From positions 1 to 64,000 of the forward strand of contig JBHGNT010000049.1 of NCBI GenBank assembly GCA_043228905.1: DNA of 64,000 nucleotides. The letters are read 5' to 3'. This DNA is from Azolla caroliniana. Taxonomy: Eukaryota; Plantae; Polypodiophyta. This document shows positions 37,801 through 52,220 of this stretch, piece after piece (the stretch's first letter is position 1; each line of letters opens with the position of its first letter). The translations under genes and the position numbers were made by a program. The notes beneath the pieces are model-generated. The model did no database searches, was not told the origin of the DNA, and saw only the letters and a list, made by a program, of their open reading frames with translations.

Positions 37801-40800
37801 TTTCCGAGGTTCTTTCTGAGAAATCACATTGAGCTTGCATAATGTTGCTTTGCACAATACAAGTTCACAATTAAATGTATAAAAGCTCTTGGCAGAATAT
37901 TTATCATGCTATATTGCAAATATATGGCCAAGACTTACAGAAGTGTAATAAAGTGGAGGATCCCAGAGAAGAAAGTACTTCAATCCACGAGGACTTCCAT
38001 CTTCATCAACAACTTGTATGGACTTCAAGCCAATCAATTCCTATGAAACGTCTGGTAGATGTTATACTTGAGAAAAACAATCATGTAGCAGCTGTGAGAA
38101 GTGCACAGAAATTCTATTCTATGTACACGTCACCTTCGGCTGTTCCCTAGTGTATAATAATTTTAAGCAAACTGACAGGCTGCAAGAGCCTCAAAACTTG
38201 GAATTAAGCAAGATTTTCATCGGTAAAACTCTATGGCTTTGAGAATTGCACAGCATATGCCATGTATATAATTTGTGCTATGTGCATGTCATCAGGGTCA
38301 AAGGCCAGACAGACTCATGTGTTACCTAGTGATAAAAAATTTATGCAATCTCGATTGGGTGCAAGAACTACAAACTTGCAATTGAGCAAGATTTACATCA
38401 GGAACACTCTACAGCTAAGGTTTCTGCCAGTTACAGTAAGATCTCACAATATTTTTGAGATCAAATTTCGAAGTACTTGCATTTTGTCTTTTGGATTTAA
38501 TGCATACACATAGTCAACAGACACATTCGATACCATTAAATGCTAGTTAGTGTAAACATAAAAAATTCAAACCAACATATAAAATGTGGAATTACAACAG
38601 AATGCTAGATAGTAGACAGGTTCCATAAGACACAAATGTTTGCATACTAAGACTTCTACAATGCTATGGTACAGAATAAGTTGATGGCTGCAGGTTAGCT
38701 TGTATGTGAATAAATCGAGTGATCAAATTGTCTCTTATGAACCCACATAATCTGACACCCAAACGTTACCACGTTTGTTTCAGTACTACCACATTTGTAC
38801 AAAAGAAATGCTCCAGCAGAATGGAAAGATGAATAAGACTTACGCTAAAGCCTGCCCTGCACTAATAGATATTATAAATCAATTACTAATGATTAAGAGA
38901 ATTAATGGTATTTAAGGGTGATCAATCGCACCAACCATCCCCGAGCAAAGAACAAGAGACGAACATAAAATCCCATTGGTATCCCATACCACTGAATATA
39001 AACTTATGTTATATCTTGATAGTTGAGATGAATACAAGTCATAAAATAAGAGCTTTGCCTCACCAATAGAATCTCAATAATGTCTAAGAGATGTCGTTGT
39101 CATGAAGCATTTACTTCATGAATAGAAATTACAATTAAAAGAACAAATGTTTGACTTGAAGATAGTTAGCTCTATAGGAGCAAAGGTTTGAATCTCCAAT
39201 GTGTGGTACAAGCATTGGATATTGAATGTGTATGATACATCCACATTGAACCCTTGTAAACTCTATTGAAAGATCGATGGACATGAATTTACATGCTTAA
39301 CATTGGTACTTTGTATGCATGCCATGCAGCGAAATATGTGGCAGCATGTAATTACATGCAAAGAGTCGTTTGCGGGTATATATACACTCTCAAGCCAATT
39401 GTAAAGGGAGCAGAAAAAGGGGAAATCGATCAACTGGTTCAAGAAGAGCTATGACTCTACTATTATAAGCTGTATTTGAGGTTTTGAATATGTAGGGTTA
39501 GGATTTCAGTACCCTATATTGTACTTACATATCGATTAAGCATCTACGCAATCCATTTGTTTTCTAACATTACCTATCTACTTACATTGGAAAATGTTTA
39601 ATGAGAGTCTACCTACCACACAACTGACCTCACCTCAGGTGTGGCATGAATATGAAAAGGTGTTATATGATATCATTGGGCAACCCCCACACCACATGGC
39701 TGAAGCCAAATGAATCCACCTTTTTATTCCAGAAAAGGTAAGAAACACCATTGATCCATTACAATTCAGGAAGGCCCAAGATCATGATGGATTGGTTGGT
39801 GAGCACTTTATATATATCCATGACATCTTGCTCCAATTGCTAGCACAAATCTTTGATAGTCATATGTGAAGGTTTCCCTAATAGCTGGACAGTACCATAG
39901 TACCAATCTTCAAAAGTGGAGACCCCATGATGCCAAGCAGTTATAGGACAATCATGATTGGCCATTACTTGGCGAAACTATACAGCTCAATCCTAGAGTC
40001 CAAATTGAGAATGTGGGCAGAGACAAGTGGCTGCCGTTCAGCTGCACAAGCAGGCTTTCAAAAGGGATTCAGAACTTTAGATCACATATTGACCCTCTGA
40101 ACTCTTATCAAGGATGTCGGAGCCCATAATAAGAAGATTTATTGCTGCTTTGTGGATTTCAAAAAGCTTTTGACACTGTACCATACACTCAGCTCATGAA
40201 GAGGCTAGAAGCCCTCGATGTCCAGCAATGGGGAATTTATCTGCTGTGTGAATACATGTCAACAAAGGTGTGGCCTCCCAATGGGTTGTCAGAGGCTGTG
40301 GCTAGCACAATTGGAGTAAAACAAGGATGTTCACTATCACCCACTCTCTTCGGTGTCTATATAGATGGGGTATCACATTACATAGAGAGATTCAGAGGTT
40401 CAGGAGCATGCCTAGCAGGTATGCTGATGATATTGTGCTCATCTCCAACACTCTGGAGGGACTACGAAGACATGTAAATGCCTTAAAAGGTATTTGTACA
40501 GACAAAAGTTTGTCAATAGACATAGATATAACTAAAGTGATGGCGTAACAAAATCCTTATTGGGAGAGGAAAAGGTGCCATACACATGATCTTACTCATA
40601 CCTAGAAGTAACATTTGCATGGCCTCAATCCTCCTTACAGGAGGCTGCTTGTGCTCGACTTTCTCATTGATATGCAGCCCTTGGTGCTCTTGAATGACAA
40701 TGTGCACATTTACAGTACGAAGAGCCACGAACTAAATTGTGGCTATTTGGTAAACTTGCCACATCAACTCTTCTCTATGGCATGGAAACCTATGGACCAA

Positions 40801-42826
40801 GATTAACAAGAAAAAATAACTAGAAAGATTTAGAGAGACCTTTAGTCTCAATGATTGCCTGCATGATAAGAAGCAAAGCATCAGTGCCCCATGATATAAT
40901 CCAAGCAAACATGAAAGCAGACCCAATAATCATCGGACCAATATCCAATGGCTTTGGGAGATCTCTAAACAAAGGTACTCAAGGATAGCACTTATTTCCT
41001 CAAAACAACTTGCTGAACACGAAGATATTCTGAAAAGCAACAATGGTCAAGAGTCACATGGCATAAGCATAAATGCAGTACCCAAATAGCTTGGCTTGTC
41101 CCCATCTAAACAAGACCAAAGTGGAAAAGAATAGAGTGATCCAAACTGATATTATCAACTTGGAAAACAAAATAACATGGATCAGCCCCAAATCTGTTGT
41201 TAAGAAGATGGCCCATAATAAGACACTTTTTACACTCATCAGAGGATCGATTCATCATCAGGCCCTCTTGTACGACAGAGATTTGCGTTGTTCTATGTGA
41301 TAGGGAAGTTGTGAACTTCTTCACATCAGTTAGAGATTGAGGTAGCAGATATGTACGAATACCTCTAGAAGAAAGAATTTGCCAATTGTGTCATCAAGGA
41401 GTGGAATCTGAAGAACACTATGTTTGTCATTGTACTATTTTTTATTGTAACCAACAGATAAAGACCATTACCACCCACCATTAGTAGTGCTTTCCTCACT
41501 TTGGAGACCTCTCCATTCTACATCGTGCTATGATAGAGATTTTTCGAATACAAAAATTACAGTTTATCTGATTTGAGAATCTTACATTTATAGATGACAA
41601 GATTCTTTGGTCATCTCTTAGTCACTTTCTATTTACTTTTTTGCCTACTTACATTTTATTTGGTTTGTTTTCAAACACAAGAGAACATTTTAAGATGTGA
41701 TTTCTTGTTTGGTCTTTTCGGCCATTTTGGCCTCTTAATATTTCTTTCTTTCTTTCTTTCTATATCTCTTTCTCATCCAAATTCCTCTCAATCTATCTAA
41801 TTCATTTTCTCTCTAATATAGCTTGGACTGTCCCCATCTAAATATGACCAAACTGGAAAAGAATAGAGTGATCCGAACTGATATTATTAACTTGGAAAAC
41901 AAGATAACATGGATCAGCCCCAAAATACCACTTGGTACAAAGATGGCCCACTATAAGACACACTTCTTACATACATTGGAGGATGGATTTGTCATCAGGC
42001 CACCTTATATGGACATACATCTATCCTATGTGCTGCGTAGTGTGATAGGGCAGCTGCGAACTTCATCACATCAGCTACAGATTGAGGTAGGCAGATATAC
42101 ACGACTACCTCTAGAAGAGAGAATTTGCCAATTGTGTCATCAAGGAGTGGAATCTGAAGAACACTATGTTTGTCATTGTAGTGTCTTTTATGAAATCAGA
42201 GGGAGATACCATTGCCTCTTTAAACAAGGCTTTGGCCCACTACGCAAGGTAATGGAATATGAGGACCGACGATGCCTAGGACTTTTCTTGCTAGAGCTCA
42301 AGAGACATCGGGAAAAGTTGTTGAAGAATACAGCCACACAAGCTCATCCACGAAGAACAATCACAACTTTCTTTAGCCCCATCACTCCTAATGCTAGAAG
42401 TCAACCCCGGGATACACAAATGGGCTTCAGACCAGGACATAACAAAGGGGTTACAATTGATCGGGCAATGGCAATTTGCCGTGCACGTAGGCCTCGGCCC
42501 CATGGACCACGACCTCGACACCCTTGTCATCGACAGATAAAAGCCATTATCTCCCGCCATCGTAGGTGCTTCTCTCACTTCAGAGAAATTTCCATTCTGG
42601 ATCGACCTATGCTAGAGATCTTTCGAAGACAAAAGCTACAATATACCTAACTTGAGGATCTCACATGTGCCAAAAATCAGATTCCCTCATTTCTTTTCTT
42701 TTCATGTTATTTACTTTTATATTTACTGTGTAATATTTATTTTATTTTCAAAGACGAGACAACACTTAAGATGTAATCTCTTATTTGGTCTTATAGGCCA
42801 TTTTGGCCTCTTAAAAGACGTTAATA

Positions 42827-42875
<49 letters not shown>

Positions 42876-45800
42876 CTCTTTCTTTCTTTCTCTCTTTCTT
42901 TCTTTCTCTCTTTGTCTCTCCTTATTCATAACTCCAGAGATTCCAACACACCAATAATAAACGTTACAACATCGTAACAAATGGGATAGCTAGCCTCATT
43001 TATATAACTCAACTCCCACATGTCCCCTTGTGTTACAGGTTCTTAAGGCTGTGTACCATGTCCTAGAATTGTCAGTTTCTCACGTATCCTACCCTTAAAG
43101 CATTAAAATTAACATTTAGAATTGGTCCCTACAGTTATGTCCATAATAATAGAGGACCAACATGATGTAAAGACAAAAAAAAACGCAAGAATCTAAGTTA
43201 TTAAAAGATTGCACTTATCAAGGGCTCCAAATACAACCTGTTGAACAGACTTCTACATTTCTTAAGGCTCGAAAGAACTCTAGAAAGGTGCACAAATATT
43301 CAGCCAGAGATCTACGTAGAATGAAAACTACACATATCTAGAGCCAAAAGAGATTGCTAATTACATGAAGGAGAGATTGAGACCAAAGAACATCTTGGTA
43401 CAAAAGCAAAGCTTATAAGCACATCAGAAAGAAGTATGCCACCCTCTATGACTTCACCATTCACAGATGATGGAGAAGACTGACCCCTAGCACTTTGGCC
43501 AACACTTGCTCAAGCATCAAAATCATTGCAAATCAAACCTTCGATTAACCACACACGCAGGATGCAACAATCGCACAGCACTGACTTCCTCCATAGGCCC
43601 ACACCTCCAGTGACAACTTGCCAAGACTTACCATAGAAAAAAGATATATTAACGTAACCACGCAGGATGCAACAATTGCACAGCGCTGACTTCTTCCATA
43701 TGCCCACACCTCCAGTGACAACTTACCAAGACTTACCATAGAGAAAAGATATATTAACTTCTTTTAAGAGGCCAAAATGGCCTATAAGACCAAACAAAAT
43801 GGAATATAAGGGTTACAATAGATAGGGCAATAGCAATTGTTTGTGCACATAGACTACATCCATCTAGATCATGACCTGTCACCCTTGTCGTCGATATCTA
43901 AAGGCCATTACCACTTGACATTGAAAGCATTTCACTGGCTGTGGAGACCTCTCGATCTTGGATCAGCCCATGTTGGAGATCTTTCGCAAGCAGAATTTTC
44001 AGTCCATCTAAGTTCAGAATGCTAAGTGCTTAGCTAACTAGATCTGGTACCTTAGACAGTTCTATGAATTTAGTTATATGTATTTTGGTTTGTTGTTCTC
44101 AAAGACGAGAAAACATTTTAAGATTTAATCTCTCATTCGATCTCATCGGCCAGTTTGGCCTCGTAAAAGAGGTTAGTATATATTTCTTTCTTCCTTCCTT
44201 CCTTTCTTGAGGATCAATGCAGTCAAATTGAGTCAGTTGTAAGAAATGTAGAAAATTCAAACTGATTTTACTCCACAAAGCAGAATTTAAGTCCATGCAA
44301 TTAAATAAGCCAAGTGAATATGATGGAGTCTGAACTTCGGCATATCAGACCCAGAATTAAAAGCTGCATCTTTATTCAAAAAACCTGAATTTGAGAGAAA
44401 AATTAAACAAATAACTGTGGAAAAAAAGGATGGTACCATTGCATGCTCACGAGGATTTGCAACAGTTGCACTGCTCACAATGAATGTTGGCTCTACGCCA
44501 TGTACTGAACAAGAAATTTATGGTTCATCAATTTTGGATACGAGACTTCTGTTTGAAAAAGAGTTTACTCAAAAACTAAGCGTACATACAGTGACAACAC
44601 AGTCGACGTAAGCGTCTTAGAATCAATGATGTGTGGCAGCCAAATGCCCCTCTGTAAGCATGTGCTTCATCAACTATAACATACCTATGGTACCAAATAT
44701 AACACGGGTTATCTGCAATAAACCTCAGAAAGCCTAAATCTTAAATTTAAGACAATATATGCCAAAATGTTGAAGGCTAATAGGAAAGCACTGATGTAGG
44801 AAGATGTGCTATGCGAAGATGACAATTGCAGCTGCAATAGCCGAAACATTCATTTTCTACCCTCTATGTGCATATGCACTAAGCAATGGGTTCTATTTAT
44901 GTTTGCAGATAAGACTCCACTATTTGTTCATGTTGTGGTTTATGTTGGTAATCATGAAGATGTTCATCAAGTTCCATGGGATTCAGCATTGCCACAGAAT
45001 GTTCTTTTCTAAGAATTAATTTCAATTCAGATATAAATTTCATGAACAGAAGATTATAAGTAGTTCAAAAAGTTGCAAGTTATACAGATAATCTCATCTC
45101 TTGAGTGAACACCTCCACAGATGCAAAATCGTTGATGTTCATCATGCTATAAAAAGACACAGAATCCCTACTCAGAGAATTAATACTCACAAATATGCAG
45201 GCATACAATGCGAAAATATAAGCCAGAAATGCTAAGAAAATAACTAAAACAGCAATGAGTTGTCAGACCCATACATCTCTAAAGGCATCCAACCAGTTCT
45301 TAATTCCACCAAGATCTTGAATGAATCCAACTGGCAACAGGTCAGGAAGGAGAACTGAAGGAGTAGGGTGAAAATTTGTAATAACGTCAATCTTAGAAAC
45401 TATCTCTAATCTATTCAGATGTTGTTCTACATTTTCTCAATGCAAGTAATAGAATATAACTGACCATGAAAACCAAAATGGCGTTTCCCCTAACATTAAA
45501 AAGCAATCCAGCATTCATGTGACCTCAAATAATAATATATTAACATGGAGAGGCCTATCACCCAATTGAAATCTCACATCAGATGCATTGGGACACCCAA
45601 ACATTTGGACACTTCATTTCTATCACATACCTTGACTCCTGAAAAACGTGTCCAATAAAATCAATTATGTAACTTTCGTAACAAAGATTTAAAATGATAA
45701 AGCTTCACAAAACATATATCCTAGCATACAGCTATCTGGAGATTTAATAATGCCATACTCCATAAGAAAACCTAACATTTTCCAAGGCCTCACCTATTCC

Positions 45801-48800
45801 TATATTAGAAGTAAGATCCACTATTGTATGTCAATATCTCTAATCTTACATTCAGAATGTCAATTAAATGTCTTTGCTTGTGTAGTACTTATGATGCACC
45901 AAATCTCAAATCTTAAATTCAGGAAGTCAATAAAACATCATTTTTTTAGTACTTTTATCATTGGTGAAGAAGTTTACATCAGAGAATCCGAAATGTAAGG
46001 ATGGCCACAATGTCTTATGAGACTGAACTAGAGGCTACAACAGGACAAGTTAGTTTAACAGTGAAGCAGTGATGATGCAGGGAAACCTTTATCTCCTCAG
46101 CCATAGCCTAACTCAAGTTTGTTATAAGACCTCACACAGGCTACCTACTTCAAAAATTGTAAGGTATCACAGCATTTAACTGATGGTTCTCATATAACCT
46201 AAGTTGGCCGCCCCAGGAATTGGAGCAAGAAATTATTGCAATAAGTACCTTAGATTGGAAAGTATGCGCTCAAATTGTTTGTGAGATGGCAAAATCGACA
46301 TATGCAGCATGTCTGGATTTGTAATTAGCTGTTTTAACACAATTCTTAATAATCAATTGATTGCTAAATTGGAAAATTAATTTGCCAAGTATTTTGTTCA
46401 TTGAAACTTGTAAACTTCTATGCTTACAAGGCGAGCATTATCTCGAAGATGTCGTCGTTGATACTGCGGACTATCACCATCATATACTCCTATTGTGATG
46501 ATAGCGTCCAATGCAGAGGTCATTTCAAGCAGAACCCTGTACTGATCCTGAGCTAATGCCTGCATTCCATATCCAGAAATCAAAAAGCATGAATATTTGA
46601 GATAATGAAAAATTTTCAGAACCTAATGTACCTTTGTCGGGAAAAGGTAGAGTGCACATGACTCTGCATTTGCAAGCAAGTGTTCTAGGACTGGTACATT
46701 ATAACAAATTGACTTGCCACTTGAAGTGGATGTAGCAATTATAACATTGTGTTTGCCAATTGCTGCATTTATTGCTTCTGCCTGATAAACAATGAACAAA
46801 ATGAGAGAACATAGCCTAAATTTTGATCATAAACCTTAGAAATTTCAATTTGAAAACATATGGAATGGTCTGACTTGATGTGTGTAAAATTTTGAAATAT
46901 GCAATCTTTGTAGAGCGGCAACTGTAGAATCAGATAATGGAATTAGAAGTCGACCATACTCTGCTTCTTGTTGCTTTATAACCTCACAGTGTACCATCTG
47001 CAATGCATTATTAGAAATTTTGATACTATGCCAGACAGATTGAGTATAGAACCCTACAACTCAAATAGACACCATTTGTTTCCTGCATAGAAATCCTCCT
47101 AAGAGGTGATTAATGCCTTAAAAAATAAATCACATGTAGCCCATCCCCCAGACAAAATGAAAAACAAATCATAGACATCTCAGAATACCTGGCCAAGGGA
47201 TCCAAATCCTTGTTTTAGATGCTCAACCATATCTGCAGCAGAAAACTCTGCCGTATCCTGTACAAACATAAGGATGCGTAAGATAAAAAGTCAAATTTGA
47301 CACACATCAAAAACTTGACACAAACCACACTAGAAAATAAACTCAGGACCATGCACCGAATTAACTTCTTATGCAAACGTGGTGGTCGTGGTAATGGCAC
47401 ATCATGAAGCTCCATACCCAACTCCTTCTTCAAGTTTGAATTTAGTGACTTACTTACAAACTGCAACAAATCGTCTAATGTGAAGTCACCTTCATTGCAT
47501 GACTTTTTTTCCTGAAAGAAGGCCTCAGTGCTTCAAGAAAATGGCTTCATCCAATAATGAAGTTTCTCAACAAAATAAGTGAAAGTTCAGATCTCTTATG
47601 ACAGGATGTCAACCAAAATGGTTAATCAACAACTATATATTGGATAACTAAGAAAGAGACATTGAAATTTTAATTTGGATCACTTTTCAGAGAAACCAAG
47701 TACCTTAATTATTAACTTTTCCACAACAGTATGCCTATAATTCAGGTTGATTGGGTGCTTAAGGCTTCTAACAATAGCTTGATTCTTCCATTCAAGTGTT
47801 AAGGGGGCGAGGAGAGTTGAGTATATAGAGAAAACAAGACGAGAATTGAGACTTTGTAAGCATTATGTTCCAGTATAAGCGCAAAGAATAGGTTCAGAAT
47901 TCAAGTTGCTCTTTATAATCATAATTAAGTTATCTTGTTAATCTTTAAACTGAAAGAAATGACATAATACAGATGATGACTACAAAGAAAGTAGTGGCAC
48001 AAGCTAAAATCTTTCATATGATGCATATTATAAGTGAATATTATTGTTTGAATATTCTGTGGCATATTCCAAGAACTGCTGTTGTACCGACTTGTACTTT
48101 AATGCAGGTCAAAAAGCTGATACTAGAAGTCCAGCTTGACTTCACCCTCATTGCTGACCTAATGAGAGGTTGACATTGACATGTGTGTGGCCAAGACGTC
48201 CTGGACAATTCATCCTAGGGGTTGGGTTTGTTATATAATTCATATATTTACAATTTGATTATGTCCAGTTAGCAAGTTCATATTCTTTCCCTGTCACAGC
48301 ATGTATCTTAATTATACAGAATTATATGAGCTGTTCACATTTTTGACAAAAGATAGATGATGTTATATATCAGTAACCAACCCTACTCAGAATAGTGCAC
48401 TGGAATGTAACTAAGTCGCAGCATCTAGTTGGATCCGTCGTCAAAATTGCCAAGAAATAATCCATTGGTTGGAATCTTCCCAACCAAGAGTAGTCGGTAG
48501 CTTAATTTCTATGTCTCACACAGATTGTATAGGTAATAGGTTATGGAGCTCCATTGCTTATCTTGTCTTTTTCATGTAGTATTGGAAACGAAAAGAACAA
48601 AGAAGAGATCTAGTTCTGAATTTGAATTATTTTTGGAAATTACAGATTCTATATTGAATATTGGGCTATAAATTGTAATTATTTCTGGTATTTGCATTGA
48701 AGATTCTTTTTCCTAAATCATGGAGCTTGCAATGTTGGATTGGTTATATATTATATATCACTGAAGGCTCAAGTCAAAAAAATGTATCAAAATTCCTTCC

Positions 48801-49822
48801 ACACCTTAAGCAGGACAATCCTAGGCTGGTAAATTCAATATCCAAACACTACAGGCTTTCAAACAAAATGTAGAGTTGCAATTTTTCAGGGATTCTGGAA
48901 CGATAAGATTATGCATTATAAGCATATGCACAACAAGAAAACTCTCTATTAACAAAGATAAATGAAGAAAACCTTTAGAGATTCCTCTTGGAAATGTTCC
49001 ATCAACGTTGTCACTGATGATTCGAATGCAGAAAGGCGTCTGTGAACCAAGCTTTTGATGAGGCTTTCAGGTATCTCTGCTGCACCTTTAGGTTGCAAAA
49101 TTTGTACAATACAATCAATAAATTATTGTTGCTATGTATTTATTTATTTTACACAAAAGCAGGGGTTATATTATATTAATTGCGCATAAAATGCATCAAA
49201 ATTGCCATCTACTCTGGCCAGGTCATTATTCACTATGTATAAAGACTATACCTAAACTTGGCATGAAATCAGATGGACCAATTCCTTGTTGAAGGTTGAT
49301 AGGCATCACTTCATGGAGGGACCGAGGAATATCCTCTTCTGGAATATTTGACGGATCCAACAAGTCGAGATTGAAAGATTCCGACTCTCCTTCACCGACT
49401 CGACTACTTATTTGAAGTAACTGTTTTACACATGCCATTCATTCACAAGTGCTAGTAAGTCTTCACCTGGATTGAGGAAAGCCGCAAAGAAAGATAAACT
49501 AACGACTCTTCAGAGGCTAAAATGGACTATGCCACCAATGGAGACCACAATGGCCTGTGAGACTTAACATTCCACATATGCAATTCACAACTGTTAAAAC
49601 AGATTCAGCTAGATAGAAATATAATGGAGAAAGAAATAAAGATATAATAGAATCATTCAAGAGACCAAAATGATCTACGAGACCTAACAAGACTGCACCT
49701 GAAAATGTTGTCTATGGAGAACAAATCAAAAAATATATAAGTAAACCTGTCTATGATACCTAGTTTATCCTTCAAGCACTTGGCTAAGGTATACACATAC
49801 GTATTCCATATTCTTGAGGGAG

Positions 49823-49879
<57 letters not shown>

Positions 49880-52152
49880 AAGAAAGAAAGAAAGAAAGAT
49901 ATATACGCCTCCAAGAGGTCAAAATAGCCTATGAGACTCAACGATGGAGAGAAAAAGTCTTGAGAAACATCACCTTTGGAAAAAGTATAGCCAGTATCTC
50001 TATGTCAGAGATACTGATTTCTTGTTCTACATCTCCATAAAGATGTTGAACTGCTGTTTTCATATTTTTCCATGTTGCCTGTATGTGTTGCTTTTGTAGA
50101 AAGCCGTAAACCAGGTTCAAAGATTGAAAAATACGGTAATATCTCTCCAAAACCGATGGGAAAACCCAGCTCTTCTTAACTTTCTTCAGTTTTCTAGCTC
50201 CATCTCTTGTGCACTTAGTAATGGCTTCTTCCCTAGAATAACCTTCCGATTGATAAAAATGCCTTTTCTTTAGTTCTCTCTTTAGGTCTTTCTTGACATC
50301 AGAAATGTTGACATCTTTGTCAATTGTAGCTTGCCATAAAGGAAGATCAGCTGCAATCATATCCCAAATACAATCAGCATAATTCATGGCTACACTTCCT
50401 TCTTGTGGATTCCTATTTGCTTCTTGGAAAGTTGTGATATCGTTGCCCTTTGCTGATTCAAATTCAGTTTTACTAGATACATGTTCATCATTACATCTGA
50501 AGTTATCTAATGAATCACTATCATTTCGGTAAGCAATGGAAGTCGTTTCTGTCTTCTTTACATATGGTGCTAATATTATAAATTCATGTTCCTTCAAACC
50601 CAGAGATTGAATTGAATTCTCAGACTTGAGCTTTGATCCCTACAAAGCAAATTAGAGCACAAATGGGAAACAAAGCTCAAATGAGAAATAGAATTTTGCA
50701 ATTAATGGGCAAATTTCACAACTGTAATTTACTATCTTTCAGAAAATGCCATTCATTTTATCTCAAGTTCCCAAAACATCACAGAATAATTATGTTTGCT
50801 AATTGAATAGGCTTCAGACAATCAGGCTACATAATACATTTTTACAAATTGAACCGTTTGGAGAATTTGGTAAACTTGAGTGGTGTTTAAGGAATTCCGT
50901 TAAACCAATAGATTAGCATTTTGATCATTTTCCCTGCAAAAGGTAAACCTGTTTTACAGCATAAATGGTTGAAGAAACGTTTCAAAATTTCATGATATGT
51001 TGTTGCTATAAAATTCATGTACAACTTACATTTGGTTAATTTACCATCTAGAATTTAAATTTGCATAACAGCATGATTCTCACAGTCATAAACAAGAGTT
51101 GTAAAGTCCATGTTTAGCCTTACAAACTTAAACAATTGCATATTGTTCTATATCCATCAAATTAACACAAGCGCTCTTGTCTTAAGGAAGACTAGCCAGA
51201 ACAAATAGAGACTTTTATTGATTACCAACCACTTGCATAGCATTACATTTGCAAAGGTCATCCAGAAATAAGAAGCCGACTGTTATTATTTGCTATTAAC
51301 TAGCATATGATTGCTCTTAGAAATTAACTACCTAGGCGTACAAGCTTCTACACTTGCATTAGAAATTAAGATCAGTTTCATTCGCTTACAAAGCTTTGTT
51401 ACGAGGGACTTCCTTGCATTATCATCATACATTTGCATACTGTTCTATTTCTGTCAAAATAACATGAGTATTTTCCTCTAACAAACTTCACAATGATAAA
51501 GAAAGGGGCCACCATTCAGCATACACTTACCTTTTGTTGCATCATAATTAACGTGTGTTCGTTTCTCTAGAAAACCTTGCATTCTGTCCGATTAGCGTCA
51601 CAACTTCTCTCTTACAAAACCTAATCAACTTCTTGCATATTGTTCCATTCTGTCGGATTAAACGTGATTCTTTTCTCAAACCATTCCATTTATGTATGTT
51701 TCAGAAGAATTCTATTCTCCACCAAACTTCCATCCACTACTTTCTGTCCAATTAACATGCCTTCCTTTTTCTAATCAACTATTTACAAATTGATTAATTC
51801 CTGTCCAATTAACAATAGTGATTTCTCTTACCAAACTTAATCAAGTAGGTCCATATTGTTTCATTTCTCTTCTTTTGCAAAGAAAATGACCCCTTGTGAT
51901 ATTACCAGTCATAAAAGTACATTCTGCATATTGACTAGTGCAAGAAATCGCAGAGACAAAAGGGTAGAAACCTACTCTCAGGAAGAGATGGAAAGTATGG
52001 CTTGGTGCACAAAAATCTTTCTTCTGTTGGATCAATTTCCTGAGTTCCCCCACCGTATCTTCTGCTCGAAGACTCACGCTGACACTCTCACCATCGACCT
52101 TCCGAACCTCTATACATTTCTTCGTCTCTGCATCCAGCTTCTGCTCCACCAT
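28847..52152 (-). CDS. HRQ1: HRQ1/RECQL4-like DEAH DNA helicase with N-terminal ubiquitin-like domain and C-terminal DUF1998 Zn cluster (about 20+ exons)
   Basis: Exon 1 (52152-51976) is UBL-like; exon 2 is 50639-49974. Motifs: [15 protein letters not shown] (~46720), LYLFPTK|[33 protein letters not shown] (~44660), [92 protein letters not shown]|YFTCSEYN. Last exon GVIDYED...PKE* with stop at 28847. Some exons between 47.5 and 49.5 kb are not fully resolved. Confidence 0.92.
30437..30815 (+). other. Organelle-like DNA insert (NUPT/NUMT candidate) flanked by a 77-bp direct duplication, in an HRQ1 intron
   Basis: Direct repeats 30360-30436 and 30816-30892 (1 mismatch). The insert is more GC-rich than the intron and contains a plastid-type tRNA fragment and a hairpin followed by A11. 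Confidence 0.7.
30649..30694 (+). pseudogene. trnR-UCU: 3' half of a plastid-type tRNA-Arg(UCU)
   Basis: GAGGT-CT-TCT-AA-ACCTT anticodon arm, ATAGG-TTCGAAT-CCTAT T-arm and TGGATGT acceptor strand closely match plastid trnR-UCU as I recall it. The 5' acceptor strand and D-arm are missing. Confidence 0.75.
30950..33350 (-). mobile_element. Degenerate chromoviral Ty3/gypsy remnant in an HRQ1 intron
   Basis: Minus strand gives [34 protein letters not shown] (GPF/Y region) and [19 protein letters not shown] (chromodomain) at ~31090-31400. Diverged ~130-bp direct repeat at ~30950 and ~31960. Boundaries approximate. Confidence 0.65.
39690..41770 (+). mobile_element. Degenerate RTE-clade LINE (older copy) in an HRQ1 intron
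   Basis: Frameshifted RT motifs [37 protein letters not shown] and YADDIVL; C-terminal [14 protein letters not shown]; (TTTC)n tail at ~41741-41760. Confidence 0.82.
41815..42910 (+). mobile_element. 5'-truncated younger RTE LINE copy with an open 275-aa C-terminal frame (41823-42650) and (TTTC)n tail
   Basis: [15 protein letters not shown]...[19 protein letters not shown]. Homologous to 41086-41760. Long TTTC microsatellite tail at 42829-42905. Confidence 0.85.
43554..43758. repeat. Tandem duplication (2 x ~105 bp) abutting a minus-strand RTE 3' end
   Basis: CACGCAGGATGCAACAAT...GATATATTAAC at 43554 and 43659. Continues into TTTTAAGAGGCCAAAATGGCCTATAAGACC, the reverse complement of the RTE 3' UTR. 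Confidence 0.8.
49826..49937 (-). repeat. RTE 3'-end fragment with compound microsatellite (AT)n(AG)n(AAAG)n
   Basis: AAGAGGTCAAAATAGCCTATGAGAC matches the reverse-complemented RTE 3' UTR, next to the microsatellite, in HRQ1 intron 2. Confidence 0.7.
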
Positions 52153-52220
52153 AGTTACAACTTACAACATGAAGATTTCCGCATAACCCTCTCTCTCACT
52201 CTGGTCTCTCTCCCACATGC

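Noticed and set aside
42652-42980. ORFs with FFLS/KKER repeats (also 49653-50040)
   Set aside because: Translations of microsatellite tails.
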